Shown: one piece after another, positions 10,019-18,906 of the stretch
How the letters are laid out: each line of letters begins with the position of its first letter
Numbering within the stretch: position 1 is the first letter of the stretch
Assembly (NCBI GenBank): GCA_027531445.1
Contig: JAPZRK010000007.1
Coordinates: 24,320-88,319, forward strand
Source of the DNA: Leptospira sp.
GTDB lineage: Bacteria; Spirochaetota; Leptospiria; Leptospirales; Leptospiraceae
Length of the DNA stretch: 64,000 bases
Direction of reading: 5' to 3'
Position numbers and translations under genes: made by a program
Notes under the pieces: generated by a model
Told to the model about the DNA's origin: nothing
What the model saw: the letters and a program-made list of their open reading frames with translations, nothing else
Database searches by the model: none

Positions 10019-10639
10019 TTAAACGTCAAGCTCCACAAGCTCATATCCCAAACCTTCTCTAACCACTTTTATATCATCTCCCGTACAATCTAATATGGTT
10101 GATAACTCAACTTTCACAATCCCACCGTCAATGATAGAAGTTACATTTTTCGCATACTTACTATCCAAATCATCGATATCGATAATAAAATCATCGTCTG
10201 TTGAGGCGGAAGTAGAGGTAATAGGAGATTGATGGATTTCTAACAAAGACTGGAGATAGATATGGTTGGGAAAACGGATACCGATGTGTTTATCTTTGTG
10301 ATGGGAGAACGAAGGTTTAGGTAAATTTTTATTTGCCTTAAGAATAAAAGTAAATGGTCCCGGTGTAATTTTTTTCATCAATCTGTATGTAGGATTCGGC
10401 AAATATTCGATATACTTTGATGCCATCGAAATATCTTTGCAGAGCAACGACAAAGGTTTATCCTTTGGTAATTTTTTCAATGCGTATAAGGCATCAACCC
10501 CAGCTCTCGAATTTGAATCCGCAATGATCGCATAGACCGTATCAGTTGGAAATATAAATATTTCGCCTGCTTTTAGTTTTTCTGAGATTTGTTTTAGCTT
10601 TCTAACTTCAGGATTCTGAGGATGAAGATAATCAATCAT
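10019..10639 (-). CDS. Sua5/TsaC/YciO family protein, YciO-like
   Basis: FPTDTVY, PGPFT, IGIRFP, TSTSA; K-x-R..S-x-N tetrad reads K-x-L..S-x-S. Confidence 0.88.
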   Translation of the reverse strand: MIDYLHPQNPEVRKLKQISEKLKAGEIFIFPTDTVYAIIADSNSRAGVDALYALKKLPKDKPLSLLCKDISMASKYIEYLPNPTYRLMKKITPGPFTFILKANKNLPKPSFSHHKDKHIGIRFPNHIYLQSLLEIHQSPITSTSASTDDDFIIDIDDLDSKYAKNVTSIIDGGIVKVELSTILDCTGDDIKVVREGLGYELVELDV

Positions 10640-10640
10640 T

Positions 10641-11378
10641 TTACTGGGCGGTCAATCCACCATCAATAACGATTGTTTGTCCAGTCATATAGCTAGATGC
10701 GTCCGAAACTAGAAATTGGGCGGCTCCTAAAATCTCTTCTGGTTTTCCTAACCTTGCCATTGGAATTCCAGCTAACACTTGATTAATTATAAATTCCTTA
10801 CTTTTGATCATTTCCGTCATGTCCGTATCTATCAATCCAGGGCAGATCACATTTACTCGATAGCCGGAGTTACACCACTCAATTGCCAAAGCTTTTGAAA
10901 GTGATATGACAGCGCCTTTTGTTCCAGAATAGACAGATGCGAGCTTTGATCCAACCATACCCAAAACGGATGCTACATTGATGATATTCCCCCCGTCCTT
11001 TTTGTGATGTTTGTAATATGCCTGGCAACTTCGGAAAACTCCCGTGTAATTTGTTTGAATAATATTCTGAAGTTCTTCTCCTTTGAAACCCGAAGCTGGA
11101 GTATTCGTTGCAATGCCTGCATTATTGATCAGACAATTTAGTTTTCCATGTTTTTCACGAATTTTACCAATTTCTGTAAATGCATCAGTCTCTGATTTGA
11201 CATTGATGACAACACCGTTTATACCTTCCTTGGCCATCCACTCTATTGATTCCGGTCGAGATCCAGCTCCATATACAATCGCACCAGCGTCTCTCAAGCC
11301 CAAAGCCAATGTCTTTCCTATTCCGCGACTAGCGCCTGTAATTAAAACTGTCTTATCTTTTACATCAAAAATATTCAT
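10641..11378 (-). CDS. SDR family NAD(P)-dependent oxidoreductase
   Basis: TGASRGIG, NNAG, YSGTK catalytic YxxxK, DGG near C-terminus. Confidence 0.93.
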   Translation of the reverse strand: MNIFDVKDKTVLITGASRGIGKTLALGLRDAGAIVYGAGSRPESIEWMAKEGINGVVINVKSETDAFTEIGKIREKHGKLNCLINNAGIATNTPASGFKGEELQNIIQTNYTGVFRSCQAYYKHHKKDGGNIINVASVLGMVGSKLASVYSGTKGAVISLSKALAIEWCNSGYRVNVICPGLIDTDMTEMIKSKEFIINQVLAGIPMARLGKPEEILGAAQFLVSDASSYMTGQTIVIDGGLTAQ

Positions 11379-11716
11379 TTTACCTCATGGTTTGCTGGAT
11401 AGCATTCACTATTCTCTGGTTTTGTATCTTCTAATAATTTTTTATAGTCAATCGTTCCATCGTCCGTTAATAAATCTCTTCTAATATAGTGGGCGCCTTT
11501 TTCATAGTAGTCTGCGATTGGATTACATTTATCGATCTCCTTATCTGGATTTGGTCGACAATTGATTTTGATATAAAAGTATCCAAACGAGTGATTTCTA
11601 TTTGCTAAGTAATCGCCAAAGGACTCACACTCTGTAATTTGAATTACTTTTTTCTTACATCCTAACATAAAATTGCAAATTACTATCACAAGCACGAAGA
11701 GAACTTTACGGTACAT
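11375..11716 (-). CDS. Small hypothetical lipoprotein (113 aa)
   Basis: Basic start, hydrophobic core and MLGC lipobox; ATGA overlap with the SDR gene. Confidence 0.7.
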   Translation of the reverse strand: MYRKVLFVLVIVICNFMLGCKKKVIQITECESFGDYLANRNHSFGYFYIKINCRPNPDKEIDKCNPIADYYEKGAHYIRRDLLTDDGTIDYKKLLEDTKPENSECYPANHEVK

Positions 11717-11754
11717 AACTTGAGAATAAATGTGATTCCTAGAAAGGCAAGAAT

Positions 11755-12336
11755 TTGTTTATTTTAAAAAGTAGATCGCCAAGACGGATCCAATTACTAA
11801 AAGATCTGGATATTCATTTTCAACTAGAACCTTCTGACATTAATGAAACGCAAGACCAAAGCGAACCACCAATGGACTACCTCAGAAGAATGGTAACATC
11901 AAAATTAGGTGATTTTCGATATTTGAATCCATTAAACACTTATCTTTCTTGTGACACCATTGTCCTGTTCGAAAACCAAATTCTCCATAAACCTAGTTCG
12001 GAAGCCGAGGCGATGGACATACTTGAACGTTTGAATGGAAGGACTCATAGTGTTTTTTCAGCCTCTGCAATGACTGACTCTATCTACTTTGATTATTTTT
12101 ATGAAGAGACACAAATTCGTTTCCATGACTGGGATACGAACGCTCGTCTTCGTTATATCAGAGAGGAAAAACCCTACGATAAAGCAGGCTCTTACGGGGT
12201 TCAGGACAGGAATGGGCCAGTTGCGGAAAGGTACGGTTCCTATTGTAACGTTTTGGGATTTCCGTTGAGAAGTTTTTTAGAACGCTGGCAGAGTTGGATT
12301 CATTATTGGCCAGCTTGGGAAAAAGTCAAAATTTAG
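11755..12336 (+). CDS. maf: Maf family nucleotide pyrophosphatase
   Basis: SRSPRR, SCDT, HKP, DKAGSYG, NVLGFP. Confidence 0.9.
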   Translation: MFILKSRSPRRIQLLKDLDIHFQLEPSDINETQDQSEPPMDYLRRMVTSKLGDFRYLNPLNTYLSCDTIVLFENQILHKPSSEAEAMDILERLNGRTHSVFSASAMTDSIYFDYFYEETQIRFHDWDTNARLRYIREEKPYDKAGSYGVQDRNGPVAERYGSYCNVLGFPLRSFLERWQSWIHYWPAWEKVKI

Positions 12337-12563
12337 GCGTAGACGTTTACTAGATCACCAGGTTTGTAATTTGATTTTTCTTTTGGTGACTTTTCTATCG
12401 AGTCTGCTTTCGAACTTGTGTCCTCGCTCGGATATTTAGGACGGTATTGACGAGATTCAATTGCATCCACTTTCTCAACTGGTTGTGTATTAAATGTAGG
12501 TGAAATGTAGGTAAGGGGCTCACCTAAACCGGAAACTCTTGCCACGCCGCTTGCTATGTCCAT
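12333..12563 (-). CDS. Small hypothetical protein (76 aa)
   Basis: Start moved to ATG 12563 so it no longer overlaps divergent holA; ends KPGDLVNVYA. Confidence 0.6.
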   Translation of the reverse strand: MDIASGVARVSGLGEPLTYISPTFNTQPVEKVDAIESRQYRPKYPSEDTSSKADSIEKSPKEKSNYKPGDLVNVYA

Positions 12564-12613
12564 ATTGTGATTATCGCTCCAAATCTGTCCTGAGATTAGA
12601 CCCAAACGGAAAA

Positions 12614-13723
12614 ATGGAAACAAAAAAAAGCGCAATCGAGATTTCTTCTCTCTTTCAACTCTTCAAATTGCCGGAAAAGTCACTTCCGCAGGTATTTACT
12701 TATGTAGGAGATGATTCGTATGAGTTTGAAATCGCCGTCGAATTCTTCAAAACCAAGCTTGAGAGACAAGGTCAAAGCCTAGATATCATTGTAATCGTGG
12801 CAGAAGGAGGAGAACAGGCAAAATTATTTGCTGAATTGTTCACTCCCGATATGTTTTTCCCTAGAAAATTGATCATTCTCAAGAATGCTAATGCGTTTTT
12901 CAAACCCATCCTTGAGGCAAAAGCCAATTCGGATTATTCTGACTACGTTTCCGGATTCAAAAAAAACATAGTATCCCTATCGGAAAATATCAACTTACTG
13001 ATTCACTATGAAGGTCGTGACTTACCTGCGAGTTTTGCTTCCCTATTTCAAAATCAATATAGCTTCTATAAACCAAAGACACTATATCAAAATGACATCG
13101 CTAAGGCATTAAAAGAAGTCCTTGAACAAGAGAATGTAAAATTGGACGAAGATGCTTGGGACGAATTTATTCACAAATCACCCGCTAATATTGGTTCGTA
13201 TATAAAAGGAATTAGAAAACTCAAACAATACTTAAATAAATCAAAGTTTACTCTGTCAGATATCAATGAAATTCTATTTACTCAAACCGAGATGAATGCC
13301 AATACTCTGGTTGAAAGTTTAATTCAAACAAAAAAGACTGAATTTTATAAAGAGTTTACTAAATTTTCAGATGATAATGGCGAGATCCTATCCTTTCTAT
13401 CTAGACTATTAAACAAACTTGATGAGATACGCAAAATTCGAATCATTAGAGCAAAACATAATGGCGAGATACCTATTCCTATCATGGACGAAATATTAAA
13501 AACTGGTTCTTATTCAGAAGCAAGAAAAGGATTTATGAGACGTCAGCTAACGAATGATGCAAAATTCTTTACAGATAAATCTTTGAATCAATTTTATGAA
13601 ATACTAATCGAAATGAATATAAAATATAAATCAGGGCTACGAAACGAAGAGGCCAGAGTCTATTTTATTCAGAGAACGATGGAAATGTTCAAACTGCTTC
13701 ACTCTGTTGCATCAAGTTCGTAG
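12614..13723 (+). CDS. holA: DNA polymerase III delta subunit
   Basis: VFTYVGDDSYE start, ELFTPDMFFPRKLIILK typical of delta, about 370 aa. Start moved to ATG 12614. Confidence 0.8.
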   Translation: METKKSAIEISSLFQLFKLPEKSLPQVFTYVGDDSYEFEIAVEFFKTKLERQGQSLDIIVIVAEGGEQAKLFAELFTPDMFFPRKLIILKNANAFFKPILEAKANSDYSDYVSGFKKNIVSLSENINLLIHYEGRDLPASFASLFQNQYSFYKPKTLYQNDIAKALKEVLEQENVKLDEDAWDEFIHKSPANIGSYIKGIRKLKQYLNKSKFTLSDINEILFTQTEMNANTLVESLIQTKKTEFYKEFTKFSDDNGEILSFLSRLLNKLDEIRKIRIIRAKHNGEIPIPIMDEILKTGSYSEARKGFMRRQLTNDAKFFTDKSLNQFYEILIEMNIKYKSGLRNEEARVYFIQRTMEMFKLLHSVASSS

Positions 13724-14586
13724 TCTTTGATTTTTCGATACAGGTTACGTTCTGAAATACCTAATAACTTTGCAGTTTTAACACGATTTCCGTTCGAATA
13801 CTTTAAATTGGCTTTTATAATCTCCTTTTCATACACTTCCAATTTTACTCCTGGTTTTATCTGCAAATCTTCCGAAACATTCTCAAAAAAGTGAACGGGG
13901 ATATTTGCAAATTTAATATTCTTTTTCGGTGAATAAGCAACTAGTGAATATACCAAATCTTTCAACTCATGAAGATTGTGTTTAAAATGACGTTTCGAGA
14001 AAAAATGATGAAACTGTTCATCAAACGAAATGACTGATTTTTTCAAGTCAGCATTGGCATGAGATAAAAACTGCAAAACAAAATAAGGTAGATCTGAAAC
14101 TCTCCGATGCAAAGGAGAAAGATAAAATTGAAAAGCAATAAATTGTTCAAATAATTCCAAATGAATTTTACTCTCTTTCAGCTGTTCTATTTCTACGGAA
14201 TTAATTTCCCAATAAAGGTATGAATCCTCTGGAAGTGAATATTTTGTATCTTTCCACCATTGGAGCCACAATCGCACTTCCTCTATCGGAGCTTCCGATA
14301 AATTTTCCCACCAGATAACTACCTGTTTATTTTTTGATAACAAATTTATTGAAATATCAAATAGATCTTTCTTTTGAGAGTAATCAACTTTTATCAATTT
14401 ATATCGATCAGCTTGAAACCGTTCACGAATTGACTGTTCGATCCAAAATGATTTACCTGTTCCTGTGTCTCCTAAAATAACCATAGGTAAATTTGTTTTG
14501 GACATCTCCAACCAACGATCTCGCAACTTTTTCACATCGGGAGAAAGAGAAATCCAATTTGTATCTTTGTTATTTTTTTTTGACAA
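13699..14586 (-). CDS. Degenerate sigma54-activator-like AAA+ domain with Fis-type HTH
   Basis: ILGDTGTGKS Walker A, LSPLHRRVSDLP, C-terminal GNRVKTAKLLGISERNLYRKI HTH_8; no GAFTGA, Walker B degenerate. Confidence 0.8.
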   Translation of the reverse strand: MSKKNNKDTNWISLSPDVKKLRDRWLEMSKTNLPMVILGDTGTGKSFWIEQSIRERFQADRYKLIKVDYSQKKDLFDISINLLSKNKQVVIWWENLSEAPIEEVRLWLQWWKDTKYSLPEDSYLYWEINSVEIEQLKESKIHLELFEQFIAFQFYLSPLHRRVSDLPYFVLQFLSHANADLKKSVISFDEQFHHFFSKRHFKHNLHELKDLVYSLVAYSPKKNIKFANIPVHFFENVSEDLQIKPGVKLEVYEKEIIKANLKYSNGNRVKTAKLLGISERNLYRKIKDYELDATE

Positions 14587-16186
14587 CAGTCACAACTCCT
14601 TTGATGTAACCGGAGAATGTTTTCCTTTTATTTTCAATTAGAAATTGTTTAGCTTTAGAAGGTTGAATTAGTAGTGTTTTTGGAAATGATATATTTGGTT
14701 TGGACAAAAAGGTTTCACTAGGTATATTTTGCACGCCATACGATGTAAAAGAATCCAGTTTCATCGAAGTACGAATTGCATATTCTTTACCGGCCGTTAC
14801 TTGAATTTCAAGTGGGACCTTTAGCCAAATTGCCTCACCTTTCGTTTCAACCAAGATTCCTTGGTATTTATCCTCATTGTCATTTGGTTTGATTATTTCA
14901 TTTCCAATCAATGATTCTATATCTGTCTGTACTTCCAATTTCTCTAATACTTTCGTTTCAGAAATTTTCTCATAAGCCATATTCATGTTATAAGGTGTGA
15001 TTGTGTCAGCTACTTGACGAACAATACTTGCATCGTATTTTTTAAAAGGAGGTGAATCTAACTGAAATGGTTGAGAAACTTCATCGGTCGTATAATATAA
15101 ATTAAATTGATTGAGGAAAATTTGGATGTAACCATCTTCAGTGCCCAATCTCTGATAATCAGTAATTCCAAGAATTTTAGAAGAACTCATGCGTCCAATT
15201 TTTTGTATGCTTCTAATTGTTTCAAGATTTGTATGGTTGGGAATAATTATATAGAGTTCAATACCAAGTTGGCGCAAGTCATTCAAAGCGTTAATGATAT
15301 CGTTTGATTTTTCTTTTGCCGAACCCGACAAAAGTAAAAACAGTTTTCTAGACTTCTTCTTACTGGATCCAAATTTTGATTTTAATGATTGGATCGCACC
15401 TAATAAGACATCACTCTGATTAGATCCTGACCAAGATGTTTCCTCTAGCAAATTTTTTATCTCAGCATGCTCTAAGGTCGGAGGCAGTGTAAGATTTTTA
15501 TTTTTTCGAAGGATAGTAACGCCAAGAAAAAGGTTAGTTTTATCTACGAGAGAGAGTATTGATTTTAGAAAGTCTTTTCTGTAATAAGCATAAGCTCCGT
15601 TTGTATCACAAAAAAAATGTACTTCATAATAATCTTTATCTTCGTTCAAATTTTTTTCGAAATATTTTGGACTTAAAAAGCGAAAGGTTTTTTCTACATG
15701 CATTTCAATCGCAAGTATTGGATTTGTAACTAACTTAGATTGTACTTTTGTTTTTAGCTTATTTTTACAGTTATACACCTCGGTTTGAATGAGTGTCGGT
15801 TTTCCAAAGTCTATGTAATCTTTGGAAATAAAATTACTATCCCATTCAAGACATAGAACATCGTAAATTGGTTCGGAGAGAGTCATGTCATTTTCAATAT
15901 TCTCTTTGGTTAAAAAGCTCTCCGTTAGCAAAGCATCCGTTATCTCTGTTTGGAAATTTCTTTTTAGATAGTGTCTAGTCAATCTAGCGAATTCAGTACC
16001 TGCCTCATTCTTCGTTCCAAATACTGACGTGGGAATTTCGCCTGAGATCGATGCTGGCAAGACAGTGATTTCCTTAGAGAGGAGTAAATTTGGTATCAGA
16101 AAGAAGAAAAAGGCAATTGCATAAATAACATTGTTAAATATGCGCTTTGAATTTCTCACGAATTTTCCATATTTCTTTGATTTCAC
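14570..16186 (-). CDS. Exported hypothetical protein with a vWA-like central domain
   Basis: Signal-peptide-like N-terminus; VHFFCDTNGA (degenerate MIDAS-like), KLFLLLSG and LGIELYII strands. Confidence 0.7.
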   Translation of the reverse strand: MKSKKYGKFVRNSKRIFNNVIYAIAFFFFLIPNLLLSKEITVLPASISGEIPTSVFGTKNEAGTEFARLTRHYLKRNFQTEITDALLTESFLTKENIENDMTLSEPIYDVLCLEWDSNFISKDYIDFGKPTLIQTEVYNCKNKLKTKVQSKLVTNPILAIEMHVEKTFRFLSPKYFEKNLNEDKDYYEVHFFCDTNGAYAYYRKDFLKSILSLVDKTNLFLGVTILRKNKNLTLPPTLEHAEIKNLLEETSWSGSNQSDVLLGAIQSLKSKFGSSKKKSRKLFLLLSGSAKEKSNDIINALNDLRQLGIELYIIIPNHTNLETIRSIQKIGRMSSSKILGITDYQRLGTEDGYIQIFLNQFNLYYTTDEVSQPFQLDSPPFKKYDASIVRQVADTITPYNMNMAYEKISETKVLEKLEVQTDIESLIGNEIIKPNDNEDKYQGILVETKGEAIWLKVPLEIQVTAGKEYAIRTSMKLDSFTSYGVQNIPSETFLSKPNISFPKTLLIQPSKAKQFLIENKRKTFSGYIKGVVTVVKKK

Positions 16187-16233
16187 TTAGTTAGTTTCCT
16201 TTCCACTGACACTCTGAATTCCTTGAGAAAAGA

Positions 16234-16277
16234 TTGACAGCCACATTTCTCGTCTATTAAATCTATCGGAAAGGAGT
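16234..16277 (+). promoter_or_regulatory. Sigma70-type promoter and RBS for lipL21
   Basis: TTGACA 16234-16239, imperfect TATTAAAT -10 region 16255-16262, AGGAG 16273-16277 before ATG 16287. Confidence 0.55.
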
Positions 16278-16286
16278 AGATTCTTT

Positions 16287-16865
16287 ATGAAGAAATCACT
16301 TATCGTAGGTATCTCTATGCTGGCTTTTATCGTAGCATGTGGCTCGAGCGACGGCAGAAGAGATGCGACAACTGTTGGAAAAAACGGTTGGATCTTTGAA
16401 GGTTGGGCATGTGCCCCGGATGCGGCTGCTGGTGCACGTGGCGAAAGTCCTGCTCAGTATTGCAAGGGCAAAGAAAAAGAATTCGACTATCTATACATGA
16501 AATTTTCTGCAAGAGCTTCCGACAAGGCGATCAAACAGAACTCAGTAGCTATGAAACAGTCCACTTGCCGTGAGGCAGCTAGACTACAGGTTGCTGGAGA
16601 CGGACTTAAGAAGATTCTTGGTGAATACCTTGAACAAGCTTCTGGCGTTTCAGATGGTCAATCGACAGGTTCTGTGATTGTATCTGAGTCTAAAGGTCTG
16701 ATCAAAGGTCTTGGGATTTATGACTGCTGTTCACTCAATAACGAAAAGGGTGTATGTGCAGAAGCCGGAGAGCCAGAAACTTGGGAAGAATGTCAGTGTG
16801 TTGGATACATGAAATACGCTGGTGGACAAAAAGCACTAGAAACTAAAGCTCAAGCTGCACAATAG
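16287..16865 (+). CDS. lipL21: Outer membrane lipoprotein LipL21
   Basis: IVAC lipobox; DATTVG..GWIFEGW, KFSARAS, QSTCREAARLQ, ASGVSDG, WEECQC match LipL21 as I recall it. Confidence 0.9.
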   Translation: MKKSLIVGISMLAFIVACGSSDGRRDATTVGKNGWIFEGWACAPDAAAGARGESPAQYCKGKEKEFDYLYMKFSARASDKAIKQNSVAMKQSTCREAARLQVAGDGLKKILGEYLEQASGVSDGQSTGSVIVSESKGLIKGLGIYDCCSLNNEKGVCAEAGEPETWEECQCVGYMKYAGGQKALETKAQAAQ

Positions 16866-16888
16866 TTAGCTTCCTTTTTCTATATAAG

Positions 16889-16917
16889 AACCTCCCAATT
16901 TTTGGGGGGTTTTTTTA
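16889..16917 (+). terminator. Rho-independent terminator of lipL21
   Basis: AACCTCCCAA-ttt-TTGGGGGGTT stem followed by a T run. Confidence 0.85.
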
Positions 16918-16954
16918 TGCCCAGATATCTTGTGAATCGTCTTTAGCTTGGCGT

Positions 16955-17773
16955 GTTATACGTATATCGATAAATTATGAAAAACAGAAGATAAATCGAA
17001 TAAACTAGCGAGAAAATCGAGAAATTAACTAGTGTTTAACTAGAAAGCGTTTTAATGTCAGTTAATACGCAATGCAAGAAGAAAGAATTATGCGAAATGG
17101 ACTTATCTCCTATAATATTTTTAAATTAAAGAGGTTTATAAATGAAGTATCTTATTCTCTTACTCTTATTTGTTGGATGTAGCTCCCAACAAAAATCAAA
17201 AATAACAAATAGTCCCCATGAGAATGATTTTATAGAAATTCGCGAACAAGATAAGTATTCAGGAAAAGAATTACCTAATCCTCCTGATTCTCCTGGATTT
17301 AAATATTCTAAATATGAATCAATAACTCTGGAAGATTTAATTGAAAGAGGAGAGATCGAAGAAAATACAAAAGGAATGAAAATATTCAATTCGAGAAATA
17401 AACTACTTATAAAACTTACTGCTTATCCCACACAAGATCTAAGTCAGGAAGAAGAAGGTAGAAGAAATACATTCGCCTTACTTTTTCAAAATATGAAACC
17501 AATTATTCATATTTATGATTCAAAATTAAAACTTAGATACAAAGATCAAAATTTTCTAATTATATTTCAGTCTCAATTGATACCATACATGAAATCAGAA
17601 CTAAAAATTGGAGATTTGATTGGATTGTATATTGTACATGCTACCTACGATGAATTTGGAAAAATACATATAATCTTAGTCAATGAATTTCATAAATACT
17701 AGATCAGGAATCCTCTTCGTATAACTTCGTCTTACCGCATCGCTTCGAGAAATAGGTAACACTCGTATTATAA
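16955..17773 (+). mobile_element. Putative solitary integron-type gene cassette with degenerate attC-like site
   Basis: GTTATACG 16955-16962 and exact reverse complement CGTATAAC 17718-17725, 15 nt after the ORF stop; then 5 nt, CTTACCGC, later AGGTAAC, 6 nt, ATTATAA (55 nt from 17719). The enclosed ORF is AT-rich. Confidence 0.5.
17142..17702 (+). CDS. AT-rich hypothetical lipoprotein (186 aa)
   Basis: MKYLILLLLFVGC lipobox; GAGG RBS; TATAAT at 17111-17116; three sampled 60-nt lines gave about 20-35% GC versus about 38% in a sampled gyrA line. Confidence 0.85.
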   Translation: MKYLILLLLFVGCSSQQKSKITNSPHENDFIEIREQDKYSGKELPNPPDSPGFKYSKYESITLEDLIERGEIEENTKGMKIFNSRNKLLIKLTAYPTQDLSQEEEGRRNTFALLFQNMKPIIHIYDSKLKLRYKDQNFLIIFQSQLIPYMKSELKIGDLIGLYIVHATYDEFGKIHIILVNEFHKY

Positions 17774-17948
17774 AGACGGCTATTTCTATACCAGGCGATC
17801 TCTTTTTCTCTGCTGAGAATACTGCAGATGGAGACCGTTACCATACATACGGGATTAAAATATTTGCCGGCAGCCCAAGTTTGATCACTGGCTTAAAAAA
17901 ACTGAATTTAATAGTGATCCAAATATTCTCTACTTTGGGCTATTTTAT

Positions 17949-18902
17949 TTAAATGTTAATTGCTAAATTGTATTCGCTTAGCATATCGATAAATTCATTT
18001 AATTTTTCAGTCCGAAGTAATTTTTGTTTTAAATCTTCTGGGAAATTTAAACCCTCTAGATAACGTACAAAGTGTTTTCTAAAAAGGATGAGTGCATATT
18101 GATCTTCACTTGGATAAAATTCTAACATAGAATGTAAATGCTCTAACATAACACTTTTGATTTCATCAAAGCTCAGATTGTATTTCGAAATGGGATTGAA
18201 AATCCAAGGATTCCCAATCGCTTTTCTTCCAATGAGGATTAGATCGACACCATACTGTCTTTTTCTCTCCAATGCATCTTCATAAGAAAAGACATCACCA
18301 TTGCCAAAGATTGGTACCTTTGCAAAGGATTTGATTTCTCCAATTTTATTCCAATCTGCCTTACCGGTATAGCCCATAGATTTGGTTCTACCATGAACGG
18401 AGATAGCAGACACACCAGCATCTTGCAGAACATTGACTGTATCACGGTAATTGTAATTTGATTCATCCCAACCCAACCTAATCTTTGCAGTGACTGGAAC
18501 AGATACTGATTTCTTAATACGCGTGATCATATCTCCAGCGATAGAAAGATTTTTAAGAAGGCCCGCACCCGATCCGCTTCCCGAAACCTTAGCCACAGAA
18601 CAGCCCATGTTTAGATCAATCACGTCGGGTTTCAATTCAATAATGCGTTTGGCTGCAATCTCTACTTTGTTCGGATCGCAGCCAAAAATCTGAAAAAAAA
18701 TCGGCCGTTCCAATTCTTGAAAACGGAACATATCGATTGATCTTTGATTTCCGAGTACAATCTGTTCGGTAGATACAAACTCGGTAAAAGAAAAGGCTGA
18801 TCCTAAACGACGCGTTATCTGTCTATATGGACTATCAGAAATACCAGCCATTGGTGAGAGAGCAACATTGCCTTTGATTTCAACATTGCCAACCCAAACC
18901 AT
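17949..18902 (-). CDS. dusB: tRNA-dihydrouridine synthase (DusB-like)
   Basis: LSPMAGISD, IDLNMGC, VHGRT, GNGD, IGRKAIGNPWIF. Confidence 0.92.
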   Translation of the reverse strand: MVWVGNVEIKGNVALSPMAGISDSPYRQITRRLGSAFSFTEFVSTEQIVLGNQRSIDMFRFQELERPIFFQIFGCDPNKVEIAAKRIIELKPDVIDLNMGCSVAKVSGSGSGAGLLKNLSIAGDMITRIKKSVSVPVTAKIRLGWDESNYNYRDTVNVLQDAGVSAISVHGRTKSMGYTGKADWNKIGEIKSFAKVPIFGNGDVFSYEDALERKRQYGVDLILIGRKAIGNPWIFNPISKYNLSFDEIKSVMLEHLHSMLEFYPSEDQYALILFRKHFVRYLEGLNFPEDLKQKLLRTEKLNEFIDMLSEYNLAINI

Positions 18903-18906
18903 ATTG

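Noticed and set aside
11709-11725. GTTATG at the start of the 113-aa lipoprotein, resembling a cassette core site
   Set aside because: Its stop overlaps the SDR start (ATGA), leaving no space for an inverse core or attC.
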